This document shows positions 43,532-54,945 of a stretch of DNA of 64,000 bases, one piece after another. The notes under the pieces are model-generated. The model ran no database searches. It was given only the letters and a program-made list of their open reading frames with translations, and was not told where the DNA came from. The stretch is taken from assembly GCA_944390535.1 (NCBI GenBank), contig CALXQV010000017.1:18450-82449 (forward strand), written 5' to 3'. How positions within the stretch are numbered: position 1 is the stretch's first letter; each line of letters opens with the position of its first letter. This stretch comes from an uncultured Clostridia bacterium (GTDB lineage Bacteria > Bacillota > Clostridia > TANB77 > CAG-508). The position numbers were made by a program, and so were the translations under genes.

Positions 43532-43666
43532 TTAAGCACTTAATTTTTTTCTACCTTTTGCTCTTCTTGCTTTTAATATATTTTGTCCAGCTCTTGTTTT
43601 CATTCTTTTCATAAATCCATGTTCTTTCTTTTCTTGTCTATTTTTTGGTTGATATGTTCTTTTCAT
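43532..43666 (-). CDS. rpmH: 50S ribosomal protein L34
   Basis: Not in the ORF track because it is only 44 aa. The reverse complement encodes [44 protein letters not shown] and is preceded by GGAGGTG. Confidence 0.95.
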   Translation of the reverse strand: MKRTYQPKNRQEKKEHGFMKRMKTRAGQNILKARRAKGRKKLSA

Positions 43667-43860
43667 CTATTTGCACCTCCTATTGTTTTTATATATATAC
43701 ATTCCAAAAATGGAAAATATTTGCTAAAATTTTAAATAAGCATATCGATTATACCTTAAAACTAATACTATTGTCAAGACTATTTCCATTTTTTTGTGAT
43801 TTTAAAAAATTATATAAAAATATTATGTTTTTTTGTAATATTTTTGTAAATAAGCTTTAT

Positions 43861-44071
43861 TTTTCCACAGTTTTTCTATTTGTTTTCCACAATTTAATTT
43901 TTTTTTTTATATTTGTATTGATTTATTTTATATAATTTTGTTTTGATATTAAAAGTATATATAATATTTATTTTTTATTGAAAATACTTTAATTTTTGTT
44001 CGATAAAAAAATGAACTTTATTACAAGTTTATTACAATATTATCAACATTTGTGGATAACTTTGTGGATAA
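43861..44071. promoter_or_regulatory. DnaA-box cluster upstream of dnaA (oriC left part and dnaA promoter region)
   Basis: TTTTCCACA at 43861-43869 and 43883-43891. TGTGGATAA at 44051-44059 and 44063-44071. Confidence 0.7.
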
Positions 44072-44094
44072 CTTTTTAAAGAAAGGATGAGGAA

Positions 44095-45447
44095 ATGGAT
44101 ATTGATAAAGAAGAATTAGTTGCAAAAATAAAAGAACTACTAAAACCAGAAGTAACAAAAATCTCTTATGATACTTGGATTTTACCCTTAGACATAAGAA
44201 GCATCGATGGTGATAATATTGTTTTTACAACAATTTCTGAATTCCAAAAAGATTTCATAGAAAATAAATATAGAAGCTTAATCTTTAATACTTTACGCTA
44301 TATAACAAATAAAGATTGGACATTTTCTGTTGTTGATTTATCAAAAGAAGAACCAAATGATGGAGTTGTTATAAAAGATAATTCCAAAAATACTTCTTCT
44401 GAAGAAGTAGAAATGAACAAATCAACTTTAAATCCAAAATATACTTTCGAAACTTTCGTAGTAGGAAATAGTAACCGTTTTGCACATGCTGCTGCGTTAG
44501 CCGTAGGAAATGAACCTGGAAAAGCCTATAATCCACTTTTTCTATATGGTGGTGTTGGTTTAGGAAAAACGCACTTAATGCACGCTATTGGAAATCGTAT
44601 TTTACAAAACAATAATCAAACTAACGTATTATACGTTACTTCCGAAAAATTTACCAATCAATTAATTAATGCCATAAAAGATAATAAAAATGAAGTTTTT
44701 CGTAATAAATATAGAAGTATCGATGTCCTTTTAATAGATGATATTCAATTTATTGCAGGAAAAGAAAGAGTTCAAGAGGAATTTTTCCATACATTCAATT
44801 CTTTATATGAAGATGGAAAACAAATTATTATTTCAAGTGATAAACCACCAAGAGATATACAATTTTTAGAAGATAGATTAAAATCTAGATTTGAATGGTG
44901 ATTACTTGCAGATATTTCTTGTCCAGATTATGAAACACGTTTAGCAATTTTAAGAAAAAAAGCTCAAGATGAAAATATTTTAATTGATGATTTTATATTA
45001 TCTGATATTGCCAATAAAATTGATTCTAATATTCGAGAATTAGAAGGTGTGTTCAATAAAATTGTTGCAAGAGCTTCTTTGATACATAGCCCTATCACCA
45101 TTGAACTTGCAGAAAATATCATTAATGAATTCAAATATGAAAATGAAAAAGTCATTTCTTGTGATTTTATCAAAGAAACGGTTGCAAAATATTTTAGCAT
45201 TAATAAAGATGATTTATCAGGAAATAAGCGTTCTAATGATATTGCTTTTCCTAGACAAATTGCTATGTATCTTTGTAGAGAAATTGCTAATATGTCATTT
45301 CCTCAAATAGGAATTGATTTTGGGGGAAGAGATCACTCAACAGTTATGCATGCTTGTAAAAAAATTGAAAAAGAAGTAAAAGAAAAAAATAATACAAAGT
45401 TAATTGTGGATAGTGTGAAAAACATTATCATAAATGGAAAACAATAG
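44095..45447 (+). CDS. dnaA: Chromosomal replication initiator DnaA, single reading frame interrupted by an in-frame TGA at 44899-44901
   Basis: ORFs 44095..44901 and 45049..45447 are in the same frame. Homology continues straight through the stop: SRFEW-TGA-LLADISCPDYETRLAILRKKA, compared with the B. subtilis [27 protein letters not shown]. Walker A GGVGLGKTH and the C-terminal DNA-binding domain (FPRQIAMYL, GGRDHSTV) are present. Confidence 0.9.
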
Positions 45448-45547
45448 TAACAATGTACATTGACAAGAACTTTTTAAAATTTGTGTTTGAGGAAAAATTT
45501 GTTCTAAAAAAGATATTCTTTCTCTTCTTACGGAATAGCGAAAAAGA

Positions 45548-45713
45548 ATATCCACAGCTTCCTGTTAATAAGCTGTTAAAAATTTGTTTATAACTCACTT
45601 TTACACAATTGTAACAAAAAGATGTGGATTATTTTTTAAGTTTTCCACTGAATTATAAACAGTAATTTTACTAGGGATTGTAGATATCAACATAGTTTTC
45701 CACAGTTTCCACA
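45548..45713. promoter_or_regulatory. oriC DnaA-box cluster in the dnaA-dnaN intergenic region
   Basis: ATATCCACA 45548-45556, TGTGGATTA 45623-45631, TTTTCCACT 45641-45649, TTTTCCACA 45696-45704 and GTTTCCACA 45705-45713, followed by AT-rich DNA before dnaN. Confidence 0.7.
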
Positions 45714-45769
45714 ATACCTAATACTATTACTACTAAAAATATTATATATATTTATAAGGAGGAATCGCC

Positions 45770-46888
45770 ATGAAGATTGTTTGTTATAAAGACAAACTAA
45801 TTAAAGCTTTGAATTCCGTAGTAAAAGGTGTTGCTTCTAAAACAACAATGCCTATACTAGAAGGAATTCTCATACAAACAAATGATAATGAAATAAAATT
45901 AACAACCTATGATTTAGAAATAGGTATAGAATACATAATGGAATGTGATGTAGAAGAACAAGGAAGTACAGTCGTTAATGCAATTATGTTTAGTGAAATT
46001 ATTAGGAAATTACCAGATACAGAAATAAAAATCTCATTAAATGCCAATAATTTATTGGAAATAGAATGTGAAGGATCTTTATATAAATTAGCTACTATGA
46101 ATCCTGAAGAATTTCCAGAATTACCAAAGATAGAAATTGAAAATTCTATTGAAATTGATCAAAATGTATTAAAAAATATGATTAGAAGAACTATATTTGC
46201 AGCTAGTACAGAGGAAAGTAGACCAATTTTTACAGGTTGTCTATTTGAAATTGAAAATAATAAATTAAGTTTAGTGGCAGTAGATGGATTTAGATTAGCA
46301 TTAAGGAAAGTCTTTTTGACAAAACAAAGTAATGATTTTAGTGCAGTTATTCCAGGAAAAACATTAATAGAATTAAATAAAATTATTACAGATTCTTTTG
46401 AACCAATAAAAATAGGGGTTTCGAAAAATCAAGCATTATTTGAAATGGATAATTGCAAAATTGTCACAAGAGTCTTAGATGGAGAGTTTTTAAATTATAA
46501 AAATGTTATTCCAAATACTTGGGAAACAAGAATTAAAGTAAATAAAAATAATATACAAGATAGTTTTGAAAGGATTAATTTAATTTCTTTATCTTCAGTG
46601 GAAAAAGAAAAAAAATATCCTGTAAAAGTACAAGTAGATATAGGAAAAGTAACAATTTTATGTACAAATCAAACAGGAGATGCAAAAGAAGAATTATATG
46701 TTTCAACAGAAGGAAAGAACTTAGAAGTAGGATTTAATCCAAAATATTTTCTAGATAGTTTAAAAGCAATTGATGATGAAGAAGTTTATATAGAATTTGG
46801 AAGCAGTATATCTCCATGTTTAGTGAAATCAGTAGAAAATAATGATTATGTATATATGATTTTACCAATTAGATTAAAAGAAGATTAA
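45770..46888 (+). CDS. dnaN: DNA polymerase III beta sliding clamp
   Basis: 372 aa in a conserved position, preceded by an AAGGAGG Shine-Dalgarno. Typical clamp motifs (PILEGILI, VDGFRLA). Confidence 0.95.
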   Translation: MKIVCYKDKLIKALNSVVKGVASKTTMPILEGILIQTNDNEIKLTTYDLEIGIEYIMECDVEEQGSTVVNAIMFSEIIRKLPDTEIKISLNANNLLEIECEGSLYKLATMNPEEFPELPKIEIENSIEIDQNVLKNMIRRTIFAASTEESRPIFTGCLFEIENNKLSLVAVDGFRLALRKVFLTKQSNDFSAVIPGKTLIELNKIITDSFEPIKIGVSKNQALFEMDNCKIVTRVLDGEFLNYKNVIPNTWETRIKVNKNNIQDSFERINLISLSSVEKEKKYPVKVQVDIGKVTILCTNQTGDAKEELYVSTEGKNLEVGFNPKYFLDSLKAIDDEEVYIEFGSSISPCLVKSVENNDYVYMILPIRLKED

Positions 46889-46924
46889 AGGTGGAAGTAT
46901 TTCTGCCTTTAATATTTTTGGTAA

Positions 46925-46956
46925 TTATCCACTTTTTATGAAGAAATTGTGGATAA
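46925..46956. promoter_or_regulatory. Pair of DnaA boxes downstream of dnaN
   Basis: TTATCCACT at 46925-46933 and TGTGGATAA at 46948-46956, in convergent orientation. Confidence 0.5.
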
Positions 46957-46959
46957 AAA

Positions 46960-47640
46960 AGAAATAGAAAACACATAAACTTTAAATATATTAAAAGAAA
47001 AAATAGAAATCAAATTTAAATAAAATCGAAAAAAATAGAAAAATAAAGAAAAAAAAAGGAAAAAAAATATAATAAAGAAATAAAAATAAAATTTAAAAAA
47101 TGAATTTTCAATAAAAAGAAAAAAATAGAATAAATTAGAAAAAAATAGATAAAAAAAGAATTAGGAAGAAAAAAGAAATTTTAAAATATATTAATATAAA
47201 AATAAAAATCATAAAAAAGAAAATAAATAAAAAATATTAATAAAAAACATTAATAAAAAACATTAATAAATAAATTAAATAAAATAAAATTTTATTATCT
47301 GAAAAACTAATAAATAATAAAAATAAAAAAATATATAAAAAATAATTATTTTTAATAAATCATAAAAAAATAGCAAAAAAACAAAACACGAAAATCAAAA
47401 ATAAGCCAATTTAATTTTTTATTAATATAATTTTATATCTAAAAAATAAAGAAAAAAGAAAATAAAATAGCAAAAATAAAAAAATAATGAAAAAAATAAA
47501 GCGTGAAAATAAAAAATAAGCCGATTTTATTTTTTAGCAATATAATTTTATAGTAAAAAATAAAAAGAAAATTAAAAAAAAATAGTAAAAAAAAGAAAAA
47601 AATAGAAATAAAAAGCAAATAAAAAAGAATAAAGTTATAC
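46960..47640 (+). repeat. About 680 nt of A-rich low-complexity non-coding filler with internal repeats between dnaN and recF
   Basis: Almost pure A/T with A far exceeding T on the plus strand. A 13-nt unit attaataaaaaac occurs about 3 times at 47235-47275. Two ~115-bp tandem units are at about 47383-47498 and 47499-47615 (..gaaaat.aaaaataagcc.att..attttt.a..aatataattttata..). Confidence 0.7.
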
Positions 47641-47656
47641 ACAAATGGAGAAGAAT

Positions 47657-48739
47657 ATGTGGATAAATAAAATAGAATTAAACAATTTTAGAAATTATGA
47701 AAAAGAAAGTATTGAATTAAATAAAAATTTAAATATATTTTATGGTGAAAATGCACAAGGAAAAACCAATATAATAGAAAGTATTTTTTTTAGTAGTATG
47801 GGAAAATCTTTTCGAGCCAAAAAAGATACAGAGGTAATTCAATTAGGAAAGAATAAAGCAGATATAGAAATATTTTTTGAAAAAATAGATCGATGTGGAA
47901 AAATAAAAATAGAGATAGGTAATAGAAAAAATATTTATTTAAATGGAATTAAATTAAAAAAATTAAGTGAATTATTAGGAAATATAAATGTAGTTATTTT
48001 TACAAAAGATGATATTCATATATTAAAAGGTGGGCCACAAAATAGAAGAAGATTTTTAGATATTATGATTAGTCAATTAAAACCGAATTATATGTATAAT
48101 TTAAATTTGTATTTAAAAACAATTGAGCAAAGAAATAATTATTTAAGACAAATTAGAGAAGAAAATAAAAATGAAGAATTATTAGATATTTGGGATGAGA
48201 AATTAATAGAATATGCTGACAAAATATATGAATATAGAAAATTATTTATGAAAAAAATACAAGAAAAAATAAAAAAAATTCACAAAGACATTACTGATAA
48301 TAAAGAAGAACTTTTCATTGAATATCATTCAGATTGCAAAAGTAAAGAAGAATATAGAAAACTTTTAAAAGAAAGAAGAAAATTGGATATTATTAAAGGA
48401 TATACAACAAAAGGAGTACACAGAGATGATTTTACCATATCCATCAATGATAAAGATTTAGGGACTTTTGGATCTCAAGGCCAGCATAGAACAGCTATTT
48501 TATCTTTAAGAATGGCAGAGTTAGATATCATATATGATGAAATTGGAGAATATCCCATCTTATTATTAGATGATTTTATGTCAGAGTTAGACGAAAAAAG
48601 AAGGAAACATTTATTAGAAAAAATTGAAAATATACAAGTAATTATTACTTGTACAGATAAAATAAAGCTTGAAAATAAAAATGTTTTAATATATAATGTA
48701 AAAGACGGAAAAGTAAGAAAAGAAAATCAAGATTTTTAG
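47657..48739 (+). CDS. recF: DNA replication and repair protein RecF
   Basis: MWINKIELNNFRNYE start, Walker A GENAQGKTN and LLLDDFMSELD. I prefer the ATG at 47657, preceded by GGAG, over 47645. Confidence 0.9.
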   Translation: MWINKIELNNFRNYEKESIELNKNLNIFYGENAQGKTNIIESIFFSSMGKSFRAKKDTEVIQLGKNKADIEIFFEKIDRCGKIKIEIGNRKNIYLNGIKLKKLSELLGNINVVIFTKDDIHILKGGPQNRRRFLDIMISQLKPNYMYNLNLYLKTIEQRNNYLRQIREENKNEELLDIWDEKLIEYADKIYEYRKLFMKKIQEKIKKIHKDITDNKEELFIEYHSDCKSKEEYRKLLKERRKLDIIKGYTTKGVHRDDFTISINDKDLGTFGSQGQHRTAILSLRMAELDIIYDEIGEYPILLLDDFMSELDEKRRKHLLEKIENIQVIITCTDKIKLENKNVLIYNVKDGKVRKENQDF

Positions 48740-48751
48740 GAGGAGACACAA

Positions 48752-50680
48752 ATGGAAAAATATGATCACAAGTATGGGGCAGAACAAATACAAGTATTGG
48801 AAGGGCTTGAAGCCGTAAGAAAAAGACCAGGAATGTATATAGGAAGCACATCTACAAGAGGATTACATCATTTAGTATATGAAATTGTTGATAATGGTGT
48901 AGATGAAGCTTTAGCAGGATATTGTACAGAAATTAATGTCATTATAGAAGAAGGAAATATCATATGTGTAACAGATAATGGTAGAGGAATACCAGTAGAA
49001 ATACATCCAAAAACACATATATCAACAGCAGAAACAGTATATACAGTTTTACATGCTGGAGGAAAATTTGGTGGAGATAGTGGGTATAAAGTATCTGGAG
49101 GACTACATGGTGTAGGTGCTTCAGTTGTAAATGCGTTATCTACATGGGCTGAAGTAACGATAAAAAGAGACGGCGGATTATATCAAATGTCTTTTGAGAA
49201 GGGAAAAACTGTTAAAAAATTAGAAAGAATAGGAGATGCTGAAGGAACAGGAACAAAAGTTAGATTTTTAGCAGACGATACTATTTTTGATAGTTTAGAA
49301 TATGATTATGAAGTATTGGAAAAAAGATTTAGAGAAATTGCATTTTTAACAAAAGGTTTAAAAATTACAATTGAAGATCAAAGAGAAGAAACACCTAAAA
49401 AAGCAGAGTTTTGTTATGAAGGTGGCTTAATATCTTTTGTTGAATTTTTAAATAAGAATAAAGAAAAATTACATAAAAATCCAATTTATATAGAAAAAGA
49501 TGGAGAAGTTCCAGTAGAAATTTCTATACAATATACATCAAGTTATTCAGAAAATATTTATACTTTTACAAATAATATTAATACAATTGAAGGTGGAACA
49601 CATTTAGAAGGTTTTAAAAGAGCATTAACAAAAGTTATGAATGATTATGCAAGAAGTCATAATATATTAAAGGAAAAAGATAATAATTTACAAGGGGAAG
49701 ATATTAGAGAGGGAATAACAGCCGTTGTTTCTGTAAAAGTAAAAGAACCTCAATTTGAAGGACAAACCAAGACAAAATTAGGAAATAGTGAAGTAACAGG
49801 GGTTGTCCAAAGTATGGTAAATGAAGCGTTATCTACATTTTTAGAAGAAAATCCATCTGTTGCAAAAGCTATTTTAGATAAATGTATTAGTGCATCAAGA
49901 GCAAGAGAAGCTGCAAGAAAAGCAAGAGAGTTAGTAAGAAAGAAAAGTAGTTTGGAAACATCTACATTGCCAGGAAAGCTTGCGGATTGTAGTAGTAAAA
50001 ATGCAGATGAATGTGAGGTATATATTGTTGAGGGAGATTCAGCAGGTGGTAGTGCAAAACAAGGAAGAGATAGAAAATTTCAAGCAATTTTACCTTTATG
50101 GGGAAAAATGTTAAATGTTGAAAAAGCTAGAGCAGATAAAATATATGGAAATGATAAATTAAATCCAGTCATTGTTGCAATTGGAGCAGGTATTGGTGCA
50201 GATTTTGATATAACAAAAATTAGATATGGAAAAGTAATTATTATGGCTGATGCTGACGTAGATGGTGCACATATTAGAACATTATTATTAACATTCTTCT
50301 TTAGATATATGAGACCTTTGATAGAAAATGGAAATGTATATTTGGCACAACCACCATTATATAAATTATCTAAAAAAGGAATGGAAGATAAATATTGCTA
50401 TACAGATGATGATTTAGAAAAAGCATACAAAGAATTAGAAGAAAAAGGAATCACTAGGGAATCATTATCACTTCAAAGATATAAAGGTCTAGGAGAAATG
50501 AATCCAGAACAATTGTGGGATACAACAATGAATCCAGAAACTAGAATTCTTGTTAAAGTCACTATGGATGATGCTATAAAAGCAGATGAAATCTTTACTT
50601 TATTAATGGGAGATGAAGTAGAGCCAAGGAGAGACTTTATTCAACAAAATGCAAAATATGTAAGGAACTTAGATATATAA
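48752..50680 (+). CDS. gyrB: DNA gyrase subunit B
   Basis: Full-length GyrB of 642 aa, with [31 protein letters not shown] and PLWGK motifs. Confidence 0.97.
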   Translation: MEKYDHKYGAEQIQVLEGLEAVRKRPGMYIGSTSTRGLHHLVYEIVDNGVDEALAGYCTEINVIIEEGNIICVTDNGRGIPVEIHPKTHISTAETVYTVLHAGGKFGGDSGYKVSGGLHGVGASVVNALSTWAEVTIKRDGGLYQMSFEKGKTVKKLERIGDAEGTGTKVRFLADDTIFDSLEYDYEVLEKRFREIAFLTKGLKITIEDQREETPKKAEFCYEGGLISFVEFLNKNKEKLHKNPIYIEKDGEVPVEISIQYTSSYSENIYTFTNNINTIEGGTHLEGFKRALTKVMNDYARSHNILKEKDNNLQGEDIREGITAVVSVKVKEPQFEGQTKTKLGNSEVTGVVQSMVNEALSTFLEENPSVAKAILDKCISASRAREAARKARELVRKKSSLETSTLPGKLADCSSKNADECEVYIVEGDSAGGSAKQGRDRKFQAILPLWGKMLNVEKARADKIYGNDKLNPVIVAIGAGIGADFDITKIRYGKVIIMADADVDGAHIRTLLLTFFFRYMRPLIENGNVYLAQPPLYKLSKKGMEDKYCYTDDDLEKAYKELEEKGITRESLSLQRYKGLGEMNPEQLWDTTMNPETRILVKVTMDDAIKADEIFTLLMGDEVEPRRDFIQQNAKYVRNLDI

Positions 50681-50688
50681 TATAATTT

Positions 50689-50719
50689 AAAGGCAGATAA
50701 TATAATATTATCTGCCTTT
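50689..50719 (+). terminator. Hairpin terminator after gyrB
   Basis: A perfect 14-bp stem aaaggcagataata/tattatctgccttt with a 3-nt loop. Confidence 0.55.
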
Positions 50720-51510
50720 AATCAATAAAGCTAATAATAATCGTAGTTAAAACAAAAATACATAATTTTCAAATCTAACATATATTACTATATGAATAAA
50801 CTTTAAACCACATATTTTTATCAGTCACTCGATAATTAATACACTATCAACAACTAATTTCATCCTGTATAGGACTAGCGTTAATCATTAAATAATATAA
50901 GAATTATCTTAACTAAAATATATTACATATTATTTTGCTAAATCCACATAATCATATAAAAATAATAAAATAAAAAGATAGCATACAAACAAGTAATATA
51001 CTCACATCGCCAACATAGTATAATATAATAAAACACCATACTACATTTTTGTCCGAATTGTAATAAGCGATAAACACCTATTAAAATTCTTCGTTTAACT
51101 ATTATTAACCTTACATTTATAGTATAAACAAAAAAATAAAAAATATTCTAAAAAAATAATAAAAATAAAAATTAAAAAAGTAAAAAATATTTATATGATA
51201 AATAAAAAAATAAAATATATAAAAATAAATAAAATCAGATTTTTGAAAAATAAAAACATATAAATTAAATAAATAATAATGTTAATTAAATATAAAAAAT
51301 TATATAAATTAAAAATTAAATTAATTAAAAAAATTTTTTTTACAACGCTTTATTAATATAAAATTAAATTTAATTAAAAATAAATAATAAAAAATTATAA
51401 AAAAATAAATAATAATAATTTCAAAATAAAAGTCGAATTTTGTCAATGTATTTTTCTTGACAAAGTTTGTAAAATAATGTAAAATACGCAAAAAAGGAGA
51501 GTGATAAAAT

Positions 51511-52080
51511 ATTAAGAATAAAACTATACAAGAGTGGATACCAATAAAGCAAATTTATAATGGAGGTATTATAGAATTAGAAGATAATAGTTACATAAAA
51601 ATATTAGAGATTATTCCTATAAACTATAATTTAAAATCAGATCTAGAAAAAGAAGCAATTTTAAATTCATATAAAATTTTTTTAAAAACTTGCAATTTTA
51701 ATTTACAAATTTTAATTCAAAGTAACAAAGAAGATTTAAGTCATCATATTTCAAAAATAAGAAAAAATATTAATAAAAAAGAAAATAAATATTTAAAAAT
51801 ATTAACTGAAAATTATATTCAATATATTTCAAAATTAAATATTAGTAAAAAATCATCTTTAAAAAAGTTTTTTATCATTATTAAAAATAATCCCATAAAT
51901 AAAAAAGAAAAAAATATAGAAATAATAAAACAAGAATTAAATGAAAAATATTTAAAAATAAAAGAATGTTTATCTAGATGTGGAAACAAGGTATTTGTTG
52001 TAGATACAAAACAAGAAATTTTAAAAATATTTTTTTCATTTTTAAATACAAAAAAATATTCAAATAAAAATTATACTTAA
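51511..52080 (+). CDS. Homolog of the VirB4 N-terminal-like domain protein (paralog of 28871..30031), lacking a canonical start codon
   Basis: The frame is open from 51508 to the TAA at 52078 and is absent from the ORF track. It encodes ..KNKTIQEWIPIKQIYNGGIIELEDNSYIKILEIIPINYNLKSDLEKEAILNSYKIFLKTCNFNLQILIQS.., which aligns to the 386-aa T4SS protein. The only start candidate after the AAGGAGAG Shine-Dalgarno is ATT at 51511. Confidence 0.45.
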   Translation: MKNKTIQEWIPIKQIYNGGIIELEDNSYIKILEIIPINYNLKSDLEKEAILNSYKIFLKTCNFNLQILIQSNKEDLSHHISKIRKNINKKENKYLKILTENYIQYISKLNISKKSSLKKFFIIIKNNPINKKEKNIEIIKQELNEKYLKIKECLSRCGNKVFVVDTKQEILKIFFSFLNTKKYSNKNYT

Positions 52081-52093
52081 AGGAGGAGTTTAT

Positions 52094-53909
52094 ATAGAAT
52101 TAAAAAAATTATTTAATAAAAAAACAAAAAAAGAAAGATTAAAAATATTAGAGGGAAGTATATTTGAAAAAGATAAAATATCTGCAACATATATAAATTT
52201 TCAAAATCCCAATTATATAGAAATGGATTCTATGTATTATTCAGGAATAATCATAGTAGATTATTATAGAGAACAGACAGATATTATATTAAAAAGTATT
52301 ATTGAGAGTAATATAAATATCAATATATCTATATTTTATGAAAAACAAGATACATATAGAGTAATAAAAGAATTAACCTATCATATAGGAAATGTAGGAT
52401 TAGAGGCCAAAAGTGCTCATGAAAATAGACAAGATATAGATATTGTCACATCAACTTATGGGGATGCAAAATATATAAGAAGAGAAATGCAAGTAAATAA
52501 TGAAGAGATGTATTATTTATATACATATTTAATAGTATATGCAGAAAATAAAAATGAATTAGAATATCTTATTAATAAAGTAGAAGGTATTGCTCAAAGT
52601 AAAGGATTACAAACAAGAAGAGCAAATTTTAGGCAAGAAGAAATCTATAAAAGCTGTCTGCCTATCATGGAAAATGATAAATTAATAAAAAACATGGCGA
52701 AAAGAAATATATTAACCAGCAGTTTAATATCTACATATCCTTTTATTTCTTCAACGATTTTTGATGAAGAAGGTATTTTTATAGGAACAAATATATATAA
52801 TCAATCTCTAGTATTTATTGACAGGTATAATACAGAAAAATATAAAAATGCAAATATATGTATATTTGGGACAAGTGGAGCAGGAAAATCTTTTTATACC
52901 AAGTTATTAATATTAAGATATAGACTAATGGGGATCAAACAATATATTATTGATCCAGAAAGAGAATATGTAAGTTTAAGTAAAAAACTAATGGGAACTA
53001 GAGTAATTATCGGACCAAATTCTAATACCTATATTAATATATTAGATATAAGAAAAGAAAGTATAGAAGATGGAGAAAATGGATATCTAGCAACTAAAAT
53101 AGGAAAATTAATAGGATTTTTTGACTTGATTTTTGGAGAATTAAATGAAGAAGAAAAAGCTTTAATAGAAGAAAAATTGATTGAGACATATAAAGAAAAA
53201 AATATTAATTTTGATGATACATCCTTATATAAAAAAGAAAACAAAAAAAATATTTTTAAAAATCAAAAAGATATGCCAATTTTAGAAGATTTATATAATA
53301 TATTAAAAAAAGATAAAAAAACGGAAAAATTTGCGATAAAGTTAATTCCTTTTGTAAAAGGATCTATGAAGTTTTTTAACCATCAGTCCAATATAGAGTT
53401 AAAGAATGAATTAATCATTGCAGATATATATGAATTAGGAGAAGAAAATTTAAAATATGGTATGTATTTATTTACAGATATTTTCTGGGATAAGATTAAA
53501 GAAAATAGAAAAGAAAAAAAAGCAATTTATTTAGATGAAATATGGAGATTAATAGGAGTAACATCTAATAAAAATGTAGCAAGTTTTATATATAAGATAT
53601 TTAAAACAATTCGAAAATATGGAGGAAGTAGTGTAGCAATTACACAAGATATATCAGATTTATTCAGCTTAGAAGATGGAATTTATGGAAAAAGTATTCT
53701 AAATAATTCTAATATTAAAACGTTTTTCGCTTTAGAAGAAGAGAATATAAAAGTGTTATCAGAATATGCCAATTTATCTGAAAAAGAAAAAATAGAAATA
53801 AAATCTTTAAAAAGAGGAGAATGTTTAATGTTTGTAGGAGAAGACCATATATTAACTAAGATTGAATGTTCAGAAGAAGAATATGAAATTATAAAAGGAG
53901 AAAAAAAGC

Positions 53910-53917
<8 letters not shown>
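52094..53917 (+). CDS. VirB4-family ATPase, diverged paralog of 26915..28858, with a probable ATA start
   Basis: Walker A FGTSGAGKS, Walker B IYLDEIW and ITQDISDL. Homology to the other VirB4 extends upstream of the first ATG (52223). ATA at 52094 lies 7 nt after AGGAGGAG, and there is no ATG, GTG or TTG in frame between them. Confidence 0.65.
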
Positions 53918-54289
<372 letters not shown>

Positions 54290-54357
54290 TAAATAAAAAA
54301 ATATATAAATCAATTTATGTAATAAAAAAATGGATCCAATTAAGAAAAAATAATTAT

Positions 54358-54945
54358 ATGGAAAATAAAAATAATGTTATATTTCTTTTTGGAGAAAATA
54401 AAATAGATAAAAATATAGTAAGATTGTTAATTATAAAGAAATTAATAATAAAAAATAAAAAAATAATATTATTAAATTTAAAAAATTATAATATAAAAGA
54501 AAAAAATAAAAATAATAAAATAGAAAAATTAAATAAAATTAAAAATAAATATTATTTAAAAATAGATTATCATTTAAAAGAAAAAATAATAAATAAAAAT
54601 ATGAAGCAAATTATTAATATTAATAACATATTAAAAAATAAAAATAAATTTGTTAAAATAAAAATATTAAAAGAAATCATACGAAAATATAGTAAAAAGA
54701 ATTATTATATTATATTTTACATAGATGATAAAATAAAATATATAGAAAATAACTTAATTAATAAACAAAATAAATATTTAGCATTATTAGTATTAGAAAA
54801 TAATAAAAAAAATTTATTAAAATTAAATAAAAATTATAATAAAAAAATAAATTTAATAATTATAAATAACAAAAAAAATAATTTATCAAAATATTTTTAT
54901 CAAAATATTTTAAGAAATAAATTTAATAAAATCATATTTATATAA
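54358..54945 (+). CDS. Hypothetical Lys/Asn/Ile-rich protein
   Basis: 195-aa ORF of very low complexity. Coding status is uncertain. Confidence 0.25.
   Translation: MENKNNVIFLFGENKIDKNIVRLLIIKKLIIKNKKIILLNLKNYNIKEKNKNNKIEKLNKIKNKYYLKIDYHLKEKIINKNMKQIININNILKNKNKFVKIKILKEIIRKYSKKNYYIIFYIDDKIKYIENNLINKQNKYLALLVLENNKKNLLKLNKNYNKKINLIIINNKKNNLSKYFYQNILRNKFNKIIFI

Noticed and set aside
44899-44901. A TGA reassignment (TGA=Gly as in code 25, or TGA=Trp as in code 4) to explain the in-frame TGA in dnaA.
   Set aside because: TGA clearly terminates genes in this window: spmA at 4252, the DUF4446-like gene at 34225, the PrgI-like gene at 30024 (followed by TAA) and the island VirB4 at 53915. None of the long conserved ORFs contains internal TGA codons. 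There is also no hairpin suggestive of a SECIS element just downstream, and the expected residue is Gly, not Sec.
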